The notes: generated by a model not told the origin, from the sequence alone. Positions 1 through 12,033 are shown, numbered from the stretch's first letter. The stretch: 64,000 nt of DNA from Tetramitus jugosus (GCA_937625935.1 OW569390.1:248001-312000), one strand, 5' to 3'. A program made the numbers and translations.

Positions 1-276
1 GGCATCAAACGATGGCCCTATCGGAAGGTGAGTTCAACCACTTTTTTTAAGAAATTCCTTAGTGTTCCATTTTTGAGGAAAGGGATTTTCTTTTCAAATT
101 TTTTGTTCCGTGCGAATCGCATCCATCACGGGTAGAAAGGGAATTTGAAAGCGCGATGTTTCTTTTAAGGAAACTTCATCCGAGCAACCCATTTTTGCTT
201 CGCGCGATGTGAACGGTCACATTTGTCCGCTGTCTCATTTTTTGGACTACAGTACAGTAACTGACACACATCAACA

Positions 277-1759
277 ATGCCTACTATTGTAATTATGATG
301 ACTAAATATTTAGATCAAGAGTCTCAACAAGCGAAGATGCATGCTTCAAAATGGCAGCAAGAGCATGTACGAACAATTCAAGAAAATGAAGGAAGAGCTT
401 GACATGATTAACCAGGAAAGAAAGGGTATCTTGGAGCTCATTGGAGCAGGAGGAAGCGTGGGTGATGATGATGAAACAGATGCAATTGACATTGATGAGA
501 AAGAGCTGTATGAGAGTCACAGTGAAGATGGTGCTGAACAGCACTATGACGATGACAATGATGATGATGCAGGTGATAATGGCGAGTCAGTGAATCGACG
601 GTCTTCGGGTGCTTCTGTTTCTTCCTCCTCTACTCCTCCATCATCCTTGTCAACATCACCTCACCATCGATTGCCACCTCATGTCCTGCCAACAACAAGT
701 GTTGCAAAGCCATTGAAGCAACAACCACAAGAATTAGTCGTAGCACATGTACAACAACAACAACAACCACAGCATTATCCACCAATGCCACACGAATCAT
801 TTGAACAGATGGCTCACAAGACTAGTCCAACCTCCATTCATAGCATTTTTGGTTCAACCAACACTGGTACCAATCGTGTGTCACCACATGGTCCTAACCA
901 TAACAACAACCACCACAGTATGGGTTTGAATCCTTATGACAACACAAACCGACACATGCTTAGAAAGGGTGTCAATGATGCCATTCCGAGCATTAGTGAT
1001 TTGTTTGCTAGTGTCGACCAAGGTGCACCTTCTCCTTCAGTGAACAACTCTCATGCTGCTGCTGCTTCGTATCATGTGCCATCAGCTACATCACAAACAG
1101 CACAGCCAGTCAATGGTAGTGTACATTCTCACTACCATCATAGACAACAGCAGCAGCAGCTTCATCCATCTGCTGTCGCTCCTGATCAGTCCATGATGTC
1201 GTCATCGAATAGTGACCCTCTCATGGCGACTCATCCACTGGTGGGCCTTCTCCAACAATCGTGCAGTCAACTGTTTGCTACGAATCACGAAGGTCGCTTC
1301 ATTTGGATGAGTGATTCACTCAAACGAAACAATACTTGCATCTTTGGAGATGTGGAGAACCTGGGGAGGATATTGCACAGAGACAATGTGAGGTTCACAG
1401 AAAGGTCAAGAAGAATTTTTGCAGCTATTGTTGCAAGACCATTCCGCAAAGTGGACTTGGATATCATTGTACCAAGGAAGGACGGCGTCGTGTTTGCGAT
1501 GCAAGTTCATTCTGTGCGGTTGGACAGTGGTGCACCAAACTCACGTACCGATCCAATGACTGCCGCTGGACATTTATGGTATGTGGACAGTGTGAGCGTT
1601 CATCATCAGACACCACCTCACTTGTTAGCACCTTCAAGGTACATTGAATTGGATCATTACACAGAGTATGAAATGACAAGAGTGAATCCTCACTTCCGGT
1701 CACTCCAAGAGTTCGAAACAGAAAGTGTGAATATTTATATCACGAACATAGGTCAATAA
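277..1759 (+). CDS. Basic/coiled-coil N-terminus, low-complexity linker and C-terminal PAS-like domain; candidate sensor transcription factor (exons 277-288, 314-1759)
   Basis: ATG277 lies in a CA-rich leader. The 25-nt intron 289-313 (GTAATT..ACTAA..TAG) joins it in frame to ORF 341-1759. C-terminal ATNHEGRFIWMSDS...RKDGVVFAMQVHSV resembles a PAS fold. Confidence 0.7.
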
Positions 1760-1886
1760 TTGTACCAACCATGTAATAAATAACATCAAAAGTAATTTTG
1801 CTTCCTGTATGTTCTCAAACGAAACGGTTTTTGCAAGAATTTTACCGCGAATCCGACGCCCTACGGTCTCACATAATTATTGCAGA

Positions 1887-4800
1887 ATGAACAATCACCT
1901 AGAAAATGATGTTGACCATAGGTTGAAGGGTATGTCAACTTGGAGATGTTAACTGTTTCCTCTCTACTGACATGATGTTGACTAGATGAAGCGTCAAAGC
2001 TTCTCATGCACCTTCCGGACGGATCCACCGTAGTTCATGCTAGATGTGGTTGTGGTTATCTTCACCCATTTATTTCTATTCCTGAATCTTCTCATCAATC
2101 AAAACTTGAAATGAAGAAGACGATGGGTCAATACTCTGCAACGATAGAAAACTTAAGTGAAACAATCACCTCTCTGATAGAAGAGAAACTATATTATGCG
2201 CAACAGGTACAGAGTAAAAATGTGATAATAGATGATATGGATCATGATTTAGTCGAAAAAACAGCACGTTTAGAGCGAATGGATACCGAAGTTAAAGAAT
2301 TGGTTGAAAGAATTAGGCAGATTGAAGCCGACAAGATGGAATCAAATGTGGAGAGGGAGAGACAGAGGAAAGAAATTGAGAGAATTAACGTTTTACATAG
2401 GGAGGAGATTGAGACACAAAATAATCAGATCAACGATCTTACCTCTGAAGTAGATACCCTAAGGAACGAAATGTCGAGACGATTGAGAGAAGGGGAAGTT
2501 CAAAAACTCCATGTAAGTGAGACAGAAAGATATTTTCAGGACCAAATTGGAGAGTTGAATCAGACGATCCAACTGTTACGAGAGAAAAATTTGAAAGCGA
2601 CTACAACAGAAGAAGAAATACAAAATGAACTCGATAAGTGTCATGTCACTGAGTCCTTGTTGAAAAAACAACTGAATGAGATCGTTGAGCGAGAGAAGGA
2701 TTCTAGAAGTAATTCAGAGAAATTGAAGGATATCGTTGATGGTTTGAGGAAAGAGTCACGGGATCAGGAGAAACAAATAATAGAGTTAACCAATAAGTTG
2801 AAACAGGTTGAGTTGCAATTCGATGAAGCAAACAAGAAATGTGAAGAAACATCTCAACTAAAGAAGGTTATTGAACAATTAACAACTGAAAAGATCGAGA
2901 TACAGGACCGTCTCGAAGAAGAATGCTTACTAAATACTTCGTTGAGAGATCAACTGGAGCGTCTAAGGACACAAGGGGAAGAAGCAACGATTTTCACGAC
3001 GAAACTTCAAACCGTTATTGATAATTTAGATGAATCTTTCAAAAATCAAGCCACCCATATTGCTGGTTTAAAGGAGAATCTGTCAAATAGTCAACTAGAA
3101 GTGGATAAGCTTGAAGCAGAGCTTCAGCAAAAACAAACCAGAATAGAAGATCTCCAACAAGATATTGAACGATCAACTGATGAGATTCTTGATTTCCAAC
3201 GACTTCTGAACGAAACAAGAGAATTTAACTCTGAACTAACGAAAAAACTTCAAAATTCTGTCGCCCAGCGCCTAAGTGCAGATGAGCGATGTGAACAGTT
3301 ACTTGAGGTTCAAGCAAAAATACAACAACAATCCAAAGAACAAACCCAACAAATTGAATACCTCGAAGATAAGTTGTCTCGGATGAATTGGGAACACGAA
3401 AGTCTGATGGTTGAACAAAAAAAACTTATGAAGTCCAATAAGGAACTTGAAGACAACAACCGAAAGTATGAGGACGCCATTGGAGACAGGTCAGATGATA
3501 ATGAAAAATTAAGATGCAAGATGAGAGAACTAGAACTCATCAGAAATGAAAACTCAGACACAATAGGAAAGCTCCTGATTGAAGTGAAAACACTTAAAGA
3601 ATGTAATGACCAATTCGAGATTACCATATCCGAAAAATCGAAATGTATCAACGACTTAAACCATCTTGTTGACTCATTAAAACAAGAGATAAAATCTTTG
3701 ACTCAAGCAAGAGATGAAGCTCTGATGAATTGGACCAAAAGTTCAATGGATCTTGAGAAACAACAAAGTCAATCCCAGAGATCATCAGATGTAGTGGGTC
3801 AACTTCAAATTGAATTAAATAATACAAAAGGCGAGCTGTCTAGTCTTGTATCTGAAAATGAGGAACTGTTGTTAAGAGTACAGAAGAAGGAACAGGAATT
3901 CTTTCAAATTTCAGATGCATCTCGACATAAAGAGATGGAACTGGAGACACTCCGAATCGAGAATGCCAACCTGGAAAACAGTTTTGAAGCAATGAAATTA
4001 TCCCTGGAGCAGATGAGAAAAGAGTATGGTGAAATACAAAAAAAGGAGAAGATGCTATCAGAATTAAGGGAACAAATTGAGAGAGCAAAAAAACAACTGG
4101 AAAAGGATAATGAAGATAAGAACTTAATGATATCCGAGTTGGAAAAAGAAAAAGATGAATTGACCCAACTAGTTCAACACCTGAGGAAAGAAAACACTGA
4201 ATTAACAAAGAACACAGACAACCAATACGAGAAAACAGAGAGAATGAAAGAATTAGAGAGTTCTTTGGAAAAAGCACAGAACGAAATAGCGTATGTGACT
4301 CGCGAGTATGAGGTCCACCGTTCGCAGGAAAGTGAGAAGTTAGTTCTCTTAAAGCGATCTCTTGAGCAACAGAAAGAGGAGAACGTGGTATCCTTAATTT
4401 CCCTTGAAGAGCAACGCACTCTCAACTTGAAACTGAGAGCTCAATTGGAATTGTTGTCCCAGGAACAAGAAAAGCGTGTAGAAACCACTCACGATACTGA
4501 ACTGGAATCCCGGATTGTTGTTATCAACGAGCTAAACCAGAAAATCCTTGAATTGCAGACACAGTTGGAAACCAGCCATCAAATACTCAATCCGGATCCC
4601 ACTGCCCAAGGTGAAGAAGAAACGATCGGAGGTCATCTTCAAGAAGAAATTCGCTCCAGAGATCAAGATATTCTCCAATTAAGAGTCACGGAGTCACAGC
4701 TTTCCACAGAATTGGATCGCTTGAAAGACCTTTTAACACAAGCAAACTTCAAGATTAAGGTACTAAGCGAAGCGTTGTCGCAGTCAGAGAAGAAAGCAGA

Positions 4801-5824
4801 GGATATTGTAGCTCAGCAAAATGCGGATATAGAAGCATTGATGGACGAAGTTAATTCAGCAAGAAGTACCACATCTAATATTGACTCTGATGATCTAACC
4901 TCTATCAGCTCGATTCAAACTTCAACGACGATCAATCGACGAACAAGCTTCAGCGTAACTAGCACGCCAGCAAAAAAGAGACCGCCTCTTACTTCCGTCA
5001 GTGCGTCAGTAACATCTACAAACCAATCGGGGGGAGGGAACGCTTCCGTAAGTCAGAAACTATGGCGGAGGCTTCGAGAGGAGATTATTAAACTCAAACA
5101 GAGAAATGTAGAGCTTGCAAAGCAGATTATGGATATTACAAAACAAAAAGAGTCCATCATCCATCAACAGGAACTCAAATTGAATCAAGCTACTATAGAT
5201 ATCAAAGATCTCCGATCAAAACTAATGACGACTAATCATATCACACTAGAGAATGATAATCTAAAGAAAGATATTGTTGAACTTAACATCAAAATGGAAG
5301 AACTAATTCAGAACAACCGAAAATTAAACTCTGATTATCAATCAGCAGTCAAAACAGTAGATGAGAGGAAATCGGAAGTTAGTAGTGTGAGACACGAGTA
5401 CACGTTGTTGAACGAAAAGCACAGTCGGATACAAGAACAGTACAAGAGACAGCTCTATCATGCGAACGCTGAGGTGGAACGACTCAAGCAAGAATGCTCA
5501 CGATTAGGAAAATTGAGCAAGGGTGGGCAGTCCTCAAGTACAACGAGTAAGTCGTTGAAGGATGCCTTAGAAGCAAAAACACATTTGGAGAAGGTAGTCG
5601 AGAAGCAAAAAGAAGAGCTAGACATGGTGTTAAATAGCTTAAAAGATGTCAAACAACGACTGAAAGATGAAATTCAAAATGTAAAGCGGTTGGAACAGAA
5701 ACAAAGAGAGCTGGAAGAGCAGAAATCAGTAACAGACTCTGAAAATATACACTTGGAAAACTCTGTTAAAATGCTCGAAGATGAGTTAGCCTCAGCATTG
5801 AACAATAGTCTTCAAAATGATTAA
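1887..5824 (+). CDS. Large coiled-coil protein (~1290 aa), cytoskeletal/centrosomal type (exons 1887-1929, 1986-5824)
   Basis: E/K/L/Q-rich heptad ORF of 1272 aa. A 56-nt GTATGT..CTGAC..TAG intron (1930-1985) joins ATG1887 in frame. Confidence 0.85.
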
Positions 5825-6174
5825 ATATGAAACACCCAAGTTTGCTCACTCAACCTCTAAAAAGAGTAGATTGTATAACTTTTAAACTCGAGATTATGCC
5901 CACCCAACCTCTGATCCACACAATGATAGGGAAATTCGTTCAGTGCGAAATTGCACGGATTGTCAGCAGTTCGGAAAAATATTCGGTGAAAATATGTTGG
6001 CGCCATCTGCACAAAAATTCTTGAATGTTTTGGCGCGAACACATTCAAAAACTATTGTGAACTTGCACCAACAACATCAACAAAACGATCGAATTTGACA
6101 AGTTTTCACACGAAATTCGAAATTCTTCACTATCGACCTGTGTGAAAACCCAATCATTATCATCAACGGCAATC

Positions 6175-7650
6175 ATGAGTGAACAAACAACAGCAACTCC
6201 ATCAACTACAACACCACAACAAGATCTCAACAACAATAACAACATGATTGATATGAGCAATGATGAGAATGTTGTCACATTGCCATCAGCCTCAACATCA
6301 GTAACATTGATCGATAGTGTATCAGATGAATCATCATCCTCGACAACAACAAACAACTTGAAACGAAAATTGGAACTTGGAGAAAACGATCCACAAGCAG
6401 AAGAAGAATCACAAGAACTACAACAACAATCAAAACGATCAAAAAAGAGTGATCCAACCAAACCAAAAAAGTATGGTATTCTGATATCATACACTGGAAC
6501 AAACTTTTCTGGTCTACAAATTCAACCAAAAGTTCTCACCATTGAGAGCTTGCTCATTGAAGCTCTGAATCATTTGAAGGCTATTGACTCAACGAGTCCA
6601 AAGCGTTTAGAACTGAACAGAGCATGTAGAACAGACAGAGGTGTTCATGCAGTGAGAAATATGTTGGTTTGTCGAATGATTCCATCAGTGATGCAAGAGT
6701 TGGGTGGTACCGCTGCCTTTCTCGATCGATTGAATCAAGTCATTATCGAAACAGCGAAAAAACATCCACAAAAGGGCAAGAAACCAGATGAAGAAGTGGT
6801 TAGAAATGTGGTTGTTCAGGGATTTACTCAAGTGCACGACTACTTTATTCCCAAGAATTTTTGCAAGAAGAGAACATACTTGTACTTGTTGCCAAAGCGC
6901 ACTCTGTTTGCCAACACGTCCATCAATGCACTGCTGCCATCGAGAGCCACCAATCTGGACACGAGCAACAATGAAGCCATTATTCAACGATTGAATCAAT
7001 TGTTCAAGCTCTATGAAGGAAGACACTCGTTCCACAACTTTACAGATGGAGGAACAAGCAACGACATTGGCAATCCGTCCAACTATAGACACATGTACTC
7101 TGTTCAGTTGGATGGTCAATGTCCAATGATTCAAATCGATGGACAAGACTATTTCCTTGTGCGATTCTTGGGTCAGAGCTTTATGCTGCACCAGATTCGA
7201 AGAATGATTGGATTGGTTGTCGCAGTCATGATTGGCGTGTTGGACGAGAGCATCATTACAAAGTCAATGAGCTTGGCGTATAAGACGATTGTCCCTCAGG
7301 CACCAGGTGTGAATCTCATGCTCGAATCCATGAATTTCCATGGTTATGACACGAGAACGAGACAAACACTGGAGAAGGTTGGTGAATGGCCAGAGTCAGT
7401 AGAGCAGAACTGTGAAGAGTTTAAGCAAGTCATCTTTAAGGAGATTGTGAGAGCAGATGCAGAGTTGAGAGAAACTGCAGACTTTACATTTACTCTGTCC
7501 TACGAGCACAAAAAGTATGGAAATTTAGAGGAAACGGGAAAAGTAGATCCTCCAATTGGTCGAAGGACCTTAGGAAGAATGGAGCTCGAAGCAGCAGAAA
7601 TGCTTGGTGAAAACGGCGAAGAGAAAGACTCTTCCGATGTCAAACTGTAG
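6175..7650 (+). CDS. PUS1: tRNA pseudouridine synthase, TruA/Pus1 family
   Basis: Motifs YTGTNFSGLQIQ, catalytic RTDRGVHA, HSFHNFT and GQSFMLHQIRRMIG; first ATG at 6175. Confidence 0.92.
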   Translation: MSEQTTATPSTTTPQQDLNNNNNMIDMSNDENVVTLPSASTSVTLIDSVSDESSSSTTTNNLKRKLELGENDPQAEEESQELQQQSKRSKKSDPTKPKKYGILISYTGTNFSGLQIQPKVLTIESLLIEALNHLKAIDSTSPKRLELNRACRTDRGVHAVRNMLVCRMIPSVMQELGGTAAFLDRLNQVIIETAKKHPQKGKKPDEEVVRNVVVQGFTQVHDYFIPKNFCKKRTYLYLLPKRTLFANTSINALLPSRATNLDTSNNEAIIQRLNQLFKLYEGRHSFHNFTDGGTSNDIGNPSNYRHMYSVQLDGQCPMIQIDGQDYFLVRFLGQSFMLHQIRRMIGLVVAVMIGVLDESIITKSMSLAYKTIVPQAPGVNLMLESMNFHGYDTRTRQTLEKVGEWPESVEQNCEEFKQVIFKEIVRADAELRETADFTFTLSYEHKKYGNLEETGKVDPPIGRRTLGRMELEAAEMLGENGEEKDSSDVKL

Positions 7651-7701
7651 ATTTTTCATCTGTTGCTTGCAAGTCATCCTTCCTCAGTCATGACAGCTTC
7701 T

Positions 7702-7893
7702 TGACGTCATGTAATGACTGTTAACAGCCCATGAGCAGAGCTAGGGCACCTCGCTTCTTTTTGCATCCGGACGAAACCGCATTGCGATTGGTCTCGTCAT
7801 CTACCGCCCCCTTCCATTTGTCTTACGCGTCCTATTCGAAATGCGGGTTCTTTTTTTGCGCATTGTAAAGTCAAATCTATGCCACGTGATTGG
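7702..7893 (+). promoter_or_regulatory. Cluster of putative promoter motifs upstream of the 8120 gene (CRE, CCAAT boxes, E/G-box)
   Basis: TGACGTCA at 7702-7709, ATTGG at 7787-7791, CACGTG at 7883-7888 directly followed by ATTGG at 7889-7893. Confidence 0.4.
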
Positions 7894-8119
7894 TAGAAAA
7901 AATAGGTTCCGCGCTATTTTCCGGCCCTTTCTTGCAAGGGAGCATATCAGGGTGCATGCTTTCACACACCACTGTACCCACCTCTCTGAGAACACAAATA
8001 AATTCCATCGTCCTACTAGCTAACAAATAAAAAACCAATAAACAGACTCAACGCCATAACCTCCATAGTCTTCCCACCATCAATCTATTTATTCCTTCAG
8101 AATTCCTAACTATAACAAT

Positions 8120-9292
8120 ATGTCTGAACACATGATGATGAACCAAACAACCAGCTTCAATGACATTTTTGCTGCTGGCAATCTCTTCCATGCCTTTGAT
8201 GAGATGAACTCTGCTGCTTTCCAAATGACTATGGACCATGACATGTTTAATGCCCCTGCCCCACAAATGCCCCTAGATATGGAAACAAACCAAGAAGTTT
8301 TGTTGTCTTCGATCCTTTGCCCACCAATGGAAGACATTGCCCCACCAACACCAACCAAGAAACCTGTGGTGAGATGTAGAGATTGGAAGATTATTTCATG
8401 TTGTCCTGAATCACAAAACCTTTTGAATGAACACACTGTGAAGATTGCCATTAAGACTAGAGATGATAAGCAAGCCAACTTTAACGTACCAGACAAGCTG
8501 TACTCGTCTTTGCGATATGTGCTGTCTCAAAAGTTGGACTCCGCCTTCCTTGCCAACAAGCAAACAGTTTTGATGAGCAAGATCCAAATTGTGAACCCTC
8601 AAACTCAAGAAGAGATCAGAAAGAAGAATAATGAATACGTGATTGACAAGGGTAACACCATGGTGGAGCTCAAGTTCAATGCTGACTCCAAGTGCTATGA
8701 GTGCACTGAAAAGATTAAGTTCTTGGATAACTCCTATAGACACAATGATATCAAGTTTGCCTTCAAGGTTTCATTCTATGATGCATCTCAACCAGCATTC
8801 TTGACCAAGTCCCCTGTCTTAGAACTCTTGTCTGCTCCATTCCATGTGAGAGCTAGACGTCCACCAAAGAACAAGAGAGAAGAGGAAGAAGAAGAGATGT
8901 CTGACAGCTCTCCTCCAGTTCCTGCTTCAAAGACCTTGAAGAAGAGAAAGGCTGAAGAATCTCCTGAAGGTGTCGAAGATACCAAGAGGGTGAAGTTGAT
9001 GCTCAAGCCTCTTCAAACAACAATGCCTCAAGTGTTGTCACCAGTTGTTGCTCAACCGAGTCCAAACTCTAGCAAGAAGATTTTGAATCTTTTGGAGAAG
9101 TTGGCTTTCTCTATCAATTCTCTTCCAGAAGAGGAGAAGGATCTTGCTTTGGAGCTTGCTAGAACCAAGTTGGGAACTATTGAATCATTGAAGCAACCAG
9201 TTCCATTAGATGCTTTTACAGCATGTCCGTCCTCAGCTAGTGAACTTGATTGCTCGCCTGAAGAGTTTCTCTCGTTTGAGAAGTTTATTTAG
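8120..9292 (+). CDS. Putative Ig-fold (CudA/NDT80/p53-like) DNA-binding protein with basic NLS-like tracts
   Basis: Clean 390-aa ORF. A beta-rich central domain ends in IKFAFKVSF...LLSAPFHVRARRP; LKKRK and KRVK tracts follow; acidic/hydrophobic N-terminus. Family assignment is inference. Confidence 0.55.
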   Translation: MSEHMMMNQTTSFNDIFAAGNLFHAFDEMNSAAFQMTMDHDMFNAPAPQMPLDMETNQEVLLSSILCPPMEDIAPPTPTKKPVVRCRDWKIISCCPESQNLLNEHTVKIAIKTRDDKQANFNVPDKLYSSLRYVLSQKLDSAFLANKQTVLMSKIQIVNPQTQEEIRKKNNEYVIDKGNTMVELKFNADSKCYECTEKIKFLDNSYRHNDIKFAFKVSFYDASQPAFLTKSPVLELLSAPFHVRARRPPKNKREEEEEEMSDSSPPVPASKTLKKRKAEESPEGVEDTKRVKLMLKPLQTTMPQVLSPVVAQPSPNSSKKILNLLEKLAFSINSLPEEEKDLALELARTKLGTIESLKQPVPLDAFTACPSSASELDCSPEEFLSFEKFI

Positions 9293-9503
9293 ATTAGAGG
9301 TGAGGGAGTGAATTACCGATTGTGAATCGCGATAGCTTTAAACTCCATAATGATGCCATCGAAATTATCGCGATCGTGATCAATCGAGAGACTTTGGTCA
9401 ATTTTTTTCATGTAGATCTTCGATATTTGGTTTTTGTGCCAGCATTGAATTCTCACATTTTAAGGTTCTCTTCCGCAACTGATGACTTATTGTTTCAGTC
9501 AGC

Positions 9504-10061
9504 TTGGCAAAGAATGCATATGGCCTGTGCAACCACACAATATGTTGTGGTTGGTGGAGTGACCACCCCAAGCTTGATATGATTCATGGAGGTTGCAATG
9601 GAAGAGAATGTCCGTTAGGTATCTTCAGGAGAACAGTAGTTTGTTTGTTGACAGAAGATTCCCTCGCTTTTTGGCAGCACAGACAGGCCGTTTTGTGTAT
9701 TGTGTGCGAGGGTAGTAGCGTTATTGCACACCTACGGTAGGTATGTTACTTTTGAAACATATTTCAATTGATCAGAACATTTTTTTATGTTCGCGTGGCA
9801 TGTCCGGACTTGTGTTCTGGAATTAGTTTAGACTTCATTCATATTCGTTGAGGTATACACCTGAACGAGTGTGCAAGGTTGAAGGACATGCACAATGTGA
9901 GTACAAGTTACACATGTGAGCCGAAATACCTTATAGGGGTGTCTGTTCACATGTGTCATGAGATAGTTGCCTGGTGTGCCAATACCTGTATCGAAGAGCT
10001 CTTTGTACATAGCTATTGGAACTTTTACTCAGATAGTGTGTTCGAAGCCGAATGGATCTGA
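9504..10061 (+). pseudogene. Possible degraded gene remnant (weak Kelch-like fragment)
   Basis: Short broken ORFs with coding-like composition. NHTIC...MIHGGCNG resembles a Kelch GG motif. No consistent start or splice model. Confidence 0.2.
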
Positions 10062-10154
10062 TTAGCAAGGAACAAAAGCAAGAAACCCATAAAATCATTT
10101 TTCCAAAAAAACTCAGCTTCAATTTTTCATTTCTTACAATTCAAAAACGATCAC

Positions 10155-11258
10155 ATGTTGTCTTGCAGAACGTTGGAAGGATATCAGCTTGACGAGTGGT
10201 TCGACTTTGTTGGAAAGGTCTTTGCTCCCAAAGCCGACAGGGAGTATTTCGAACGCCATTTCTTCAATGATCCACATCGATGTGTAGAATCAATCTTTGT
10301 GGTATCTGAAGGTAACAACAATGAGATTCTAGGTACAGTCAGAGTTTTTCACAGAGAAATACTGACCAGGACGAACAAGGTGATGATCATGGGCGGAATA
10401 GGCGAAGTCAGTACGAGATCTGACATGAGAGGCCACGGAATTGCGTCCAGTCTCTTGAAGCATGCCTATCAGAGCATGCAGGATAACAAATTTGAGATCG
10501 CATCATTACACTGTAGTCCGTCACTCGTAAAGTTTTACTCCTCGGTTGGATATCACTCAACTCCGATGCACTTTTCTCTGGTGGAGTTGAGTCTGTGTGG
10601 CCGCACAAATGGTCTTGAGGAGGAACAGCTGAGCCAAGTATCATTCTCAATTGATCTTATGCCCAACCTTAATGATTCACCTTCTATGGTTCAACAGATG
10701 AGTCAATTGTATCATTCCTTTATTCGAGAGAATGATTTCTGCGGCACTGTCATGCGAACAGATGAACAATATTGGAGGTTATGGGTCAACGCAGAGGCCA
10801 GAACACATAATAGCACACCACTTGTTTCGTTGGATCCACAGGGAAAACTATTGGGTTACATGTTCATTCATCCAATAGAGAACACTAAGGTTGTCAATGT
10901 GAAAGAGTTTGCTGCAGAGAAACATGTGGATCAGTGGAGCTTATTTAGTGAGTTGTTGGCACACTATATGGCAAAGCATCCCACTTGTGATCAAATTGCT
11001 AATGAAGATGTTCCAAGAGTGATCCGAGTGAAGATGCCTCTCCCACTGTTCAATCTCTTCGGTATTCAAATCGGTAAGATTGTTCAGTGGCACAGAGATT
11101 ATTTCCTAAAGGTTGAATCAGTTGTGGAGACGCACGCCTCAGACATTGGTTACATGTACCAAGTTGTAACAAAGGATTCACACGATGTTTGCACTCGAGA
11201 ATTGGCAGACATGTTCCCAGAGCAGAAGTGCGTGATGTGGAAGACTGATGGTTTCTAA
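10155..11258 (+). CDS. GNAT-family acetyltransferase, Eis/Acetyltransf_9-like
   Basis: MGGIGEVST followed by acetyl-CoA motif A (MRGHGIASSLL) and FYSSVGY; a second GNAT-like half follows; intronless. Confidence 0.85.
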   Translation: MLSCRTLEGYQLDEWFDFVGKVFAPKADREYFERHFFNDPHRCVESIFVVSEGNNNEILGTVRVFHREILTRTNKVMIMGGIGEVSTRSDMRGHGIASSLLKHAYQSMQDNKFEIASLHCSPSLVKFYSSVGYHSTPMHFSLVELSLCGRTNGLEEEQLSQVSFSIDLMPNLNDSPSMVQQMSQLYHSFIRENDFCGTVMRTDEQYWRLWVNAEARTHNSTPLVSLDPQGKLLGYMFIHPIENTKVVNVKEFAAEKHVDQWSLFSELLAHYMAKHPTCDQIANEDVPRVIRVKMPLPLFNLFGIQIGKIVQWHRDYFLKVESVVETHASDIGYMYQVVTKDSHDVCTRELADMFPEQKCVMWKTDGF

Positions 11259-11589
11259 AGAGTTTTGGTAATACAACCGCTGGTTGGATAAGAAGCAGTT
11301 TTTTGGTTTTTCTGTTTCGATCATCCCGGCAATTCCTAGACCACCATTCACGTTCTTCTTAACGTTCACATTGGTTAACTCTCGCAGAGTTGAGCATGGT
11401 TAATTATACTATGATATTAATTAATGGCTGCGCTTTTCTGTTGCAGTTTATTCGTTGTCTCTTCTCTTTACAAGGACTACGGAACCATCTGACCTCACCA
11501 GTGGTGCTCCCGATGGTAGTGGAGGCAACGAGTCCCTGAAGAAGGGAATTAAACGACATTCCAAGAAGAGAATGAATCCTGTTGCGTAG

Positions 11590-11656
11590 GCCTGCCACTC
11601 CACTGGGCAGGTACCACATCATGTTAGGCAATTGAGAGCAGGCAAGCCTGCTCTCA
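11590..11656. other. Two GC-rich stem-loops in intergenic DNA
   Basis: CCTGCC..GGCAGG (11591-11611) and a perfect 11-bp inverted repeat TGAGAGCAGGC-AA-GCCTGCTCTCA (11633-11656). Confidence 0.6.
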
Positions 11657-12025
11657 CACAAAAGACAAATAAAAGTTCCGCGAGTACCATTTGTTGTATT
11701 AAAAAAAAAAATTTTTCTTTACACAAGGTAACTAGTATGATTGTGGCGGCAGAGCATCAGCAACCAGCCATACTCTTGGAGCTTGTGAAGAGGTGATGCA
11801 TCACCTCAACACATCTCCTCTTGGTGTTGTCCATTCCTGCCTTTTTCAGACCTCTTCATTGCATTCACCAGCCTTTTAACCTTTGTTTCCCTCTTCTTGC
11901 GACCAGCTCCTTCATCAATACATTCTTCTGGTCCTCTTTTCCCATTAACCGTGCTAAGATTTCTTCAGTGGTTCGACCAACATTTGGTTTTGTACCAATT
12001 TCCCGCTCTTATCGGCTAAATATTT

Positions 12026-12033
12026 TATATATA
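12026..12033 (+). promoter_or_regulatory. TATA element upstream of the tRNA gene
   Basis: TATATATA 15-22 nt upstream of the mature tRNA 5' end. Confidence 0.45.

Noticed and set aside
2006-5824. Assignment to myosin, SMC or kinesin
   Set aside because: No motor or ATPase motifs; generic coiled coil only.
11424-11660. Selenoprotein with in-frame TGA and a downstream SECIS
   Set aside because: The peptide resembles no selenoprotein I recognise and the hairpins lack the AUGA/AA/GA core geometry.
11620-11660. Helitron 3' end
   Set aside because: A hairpin is present but there is no correctly spaced CTRR-T terminus and no Rep/helicase gene.
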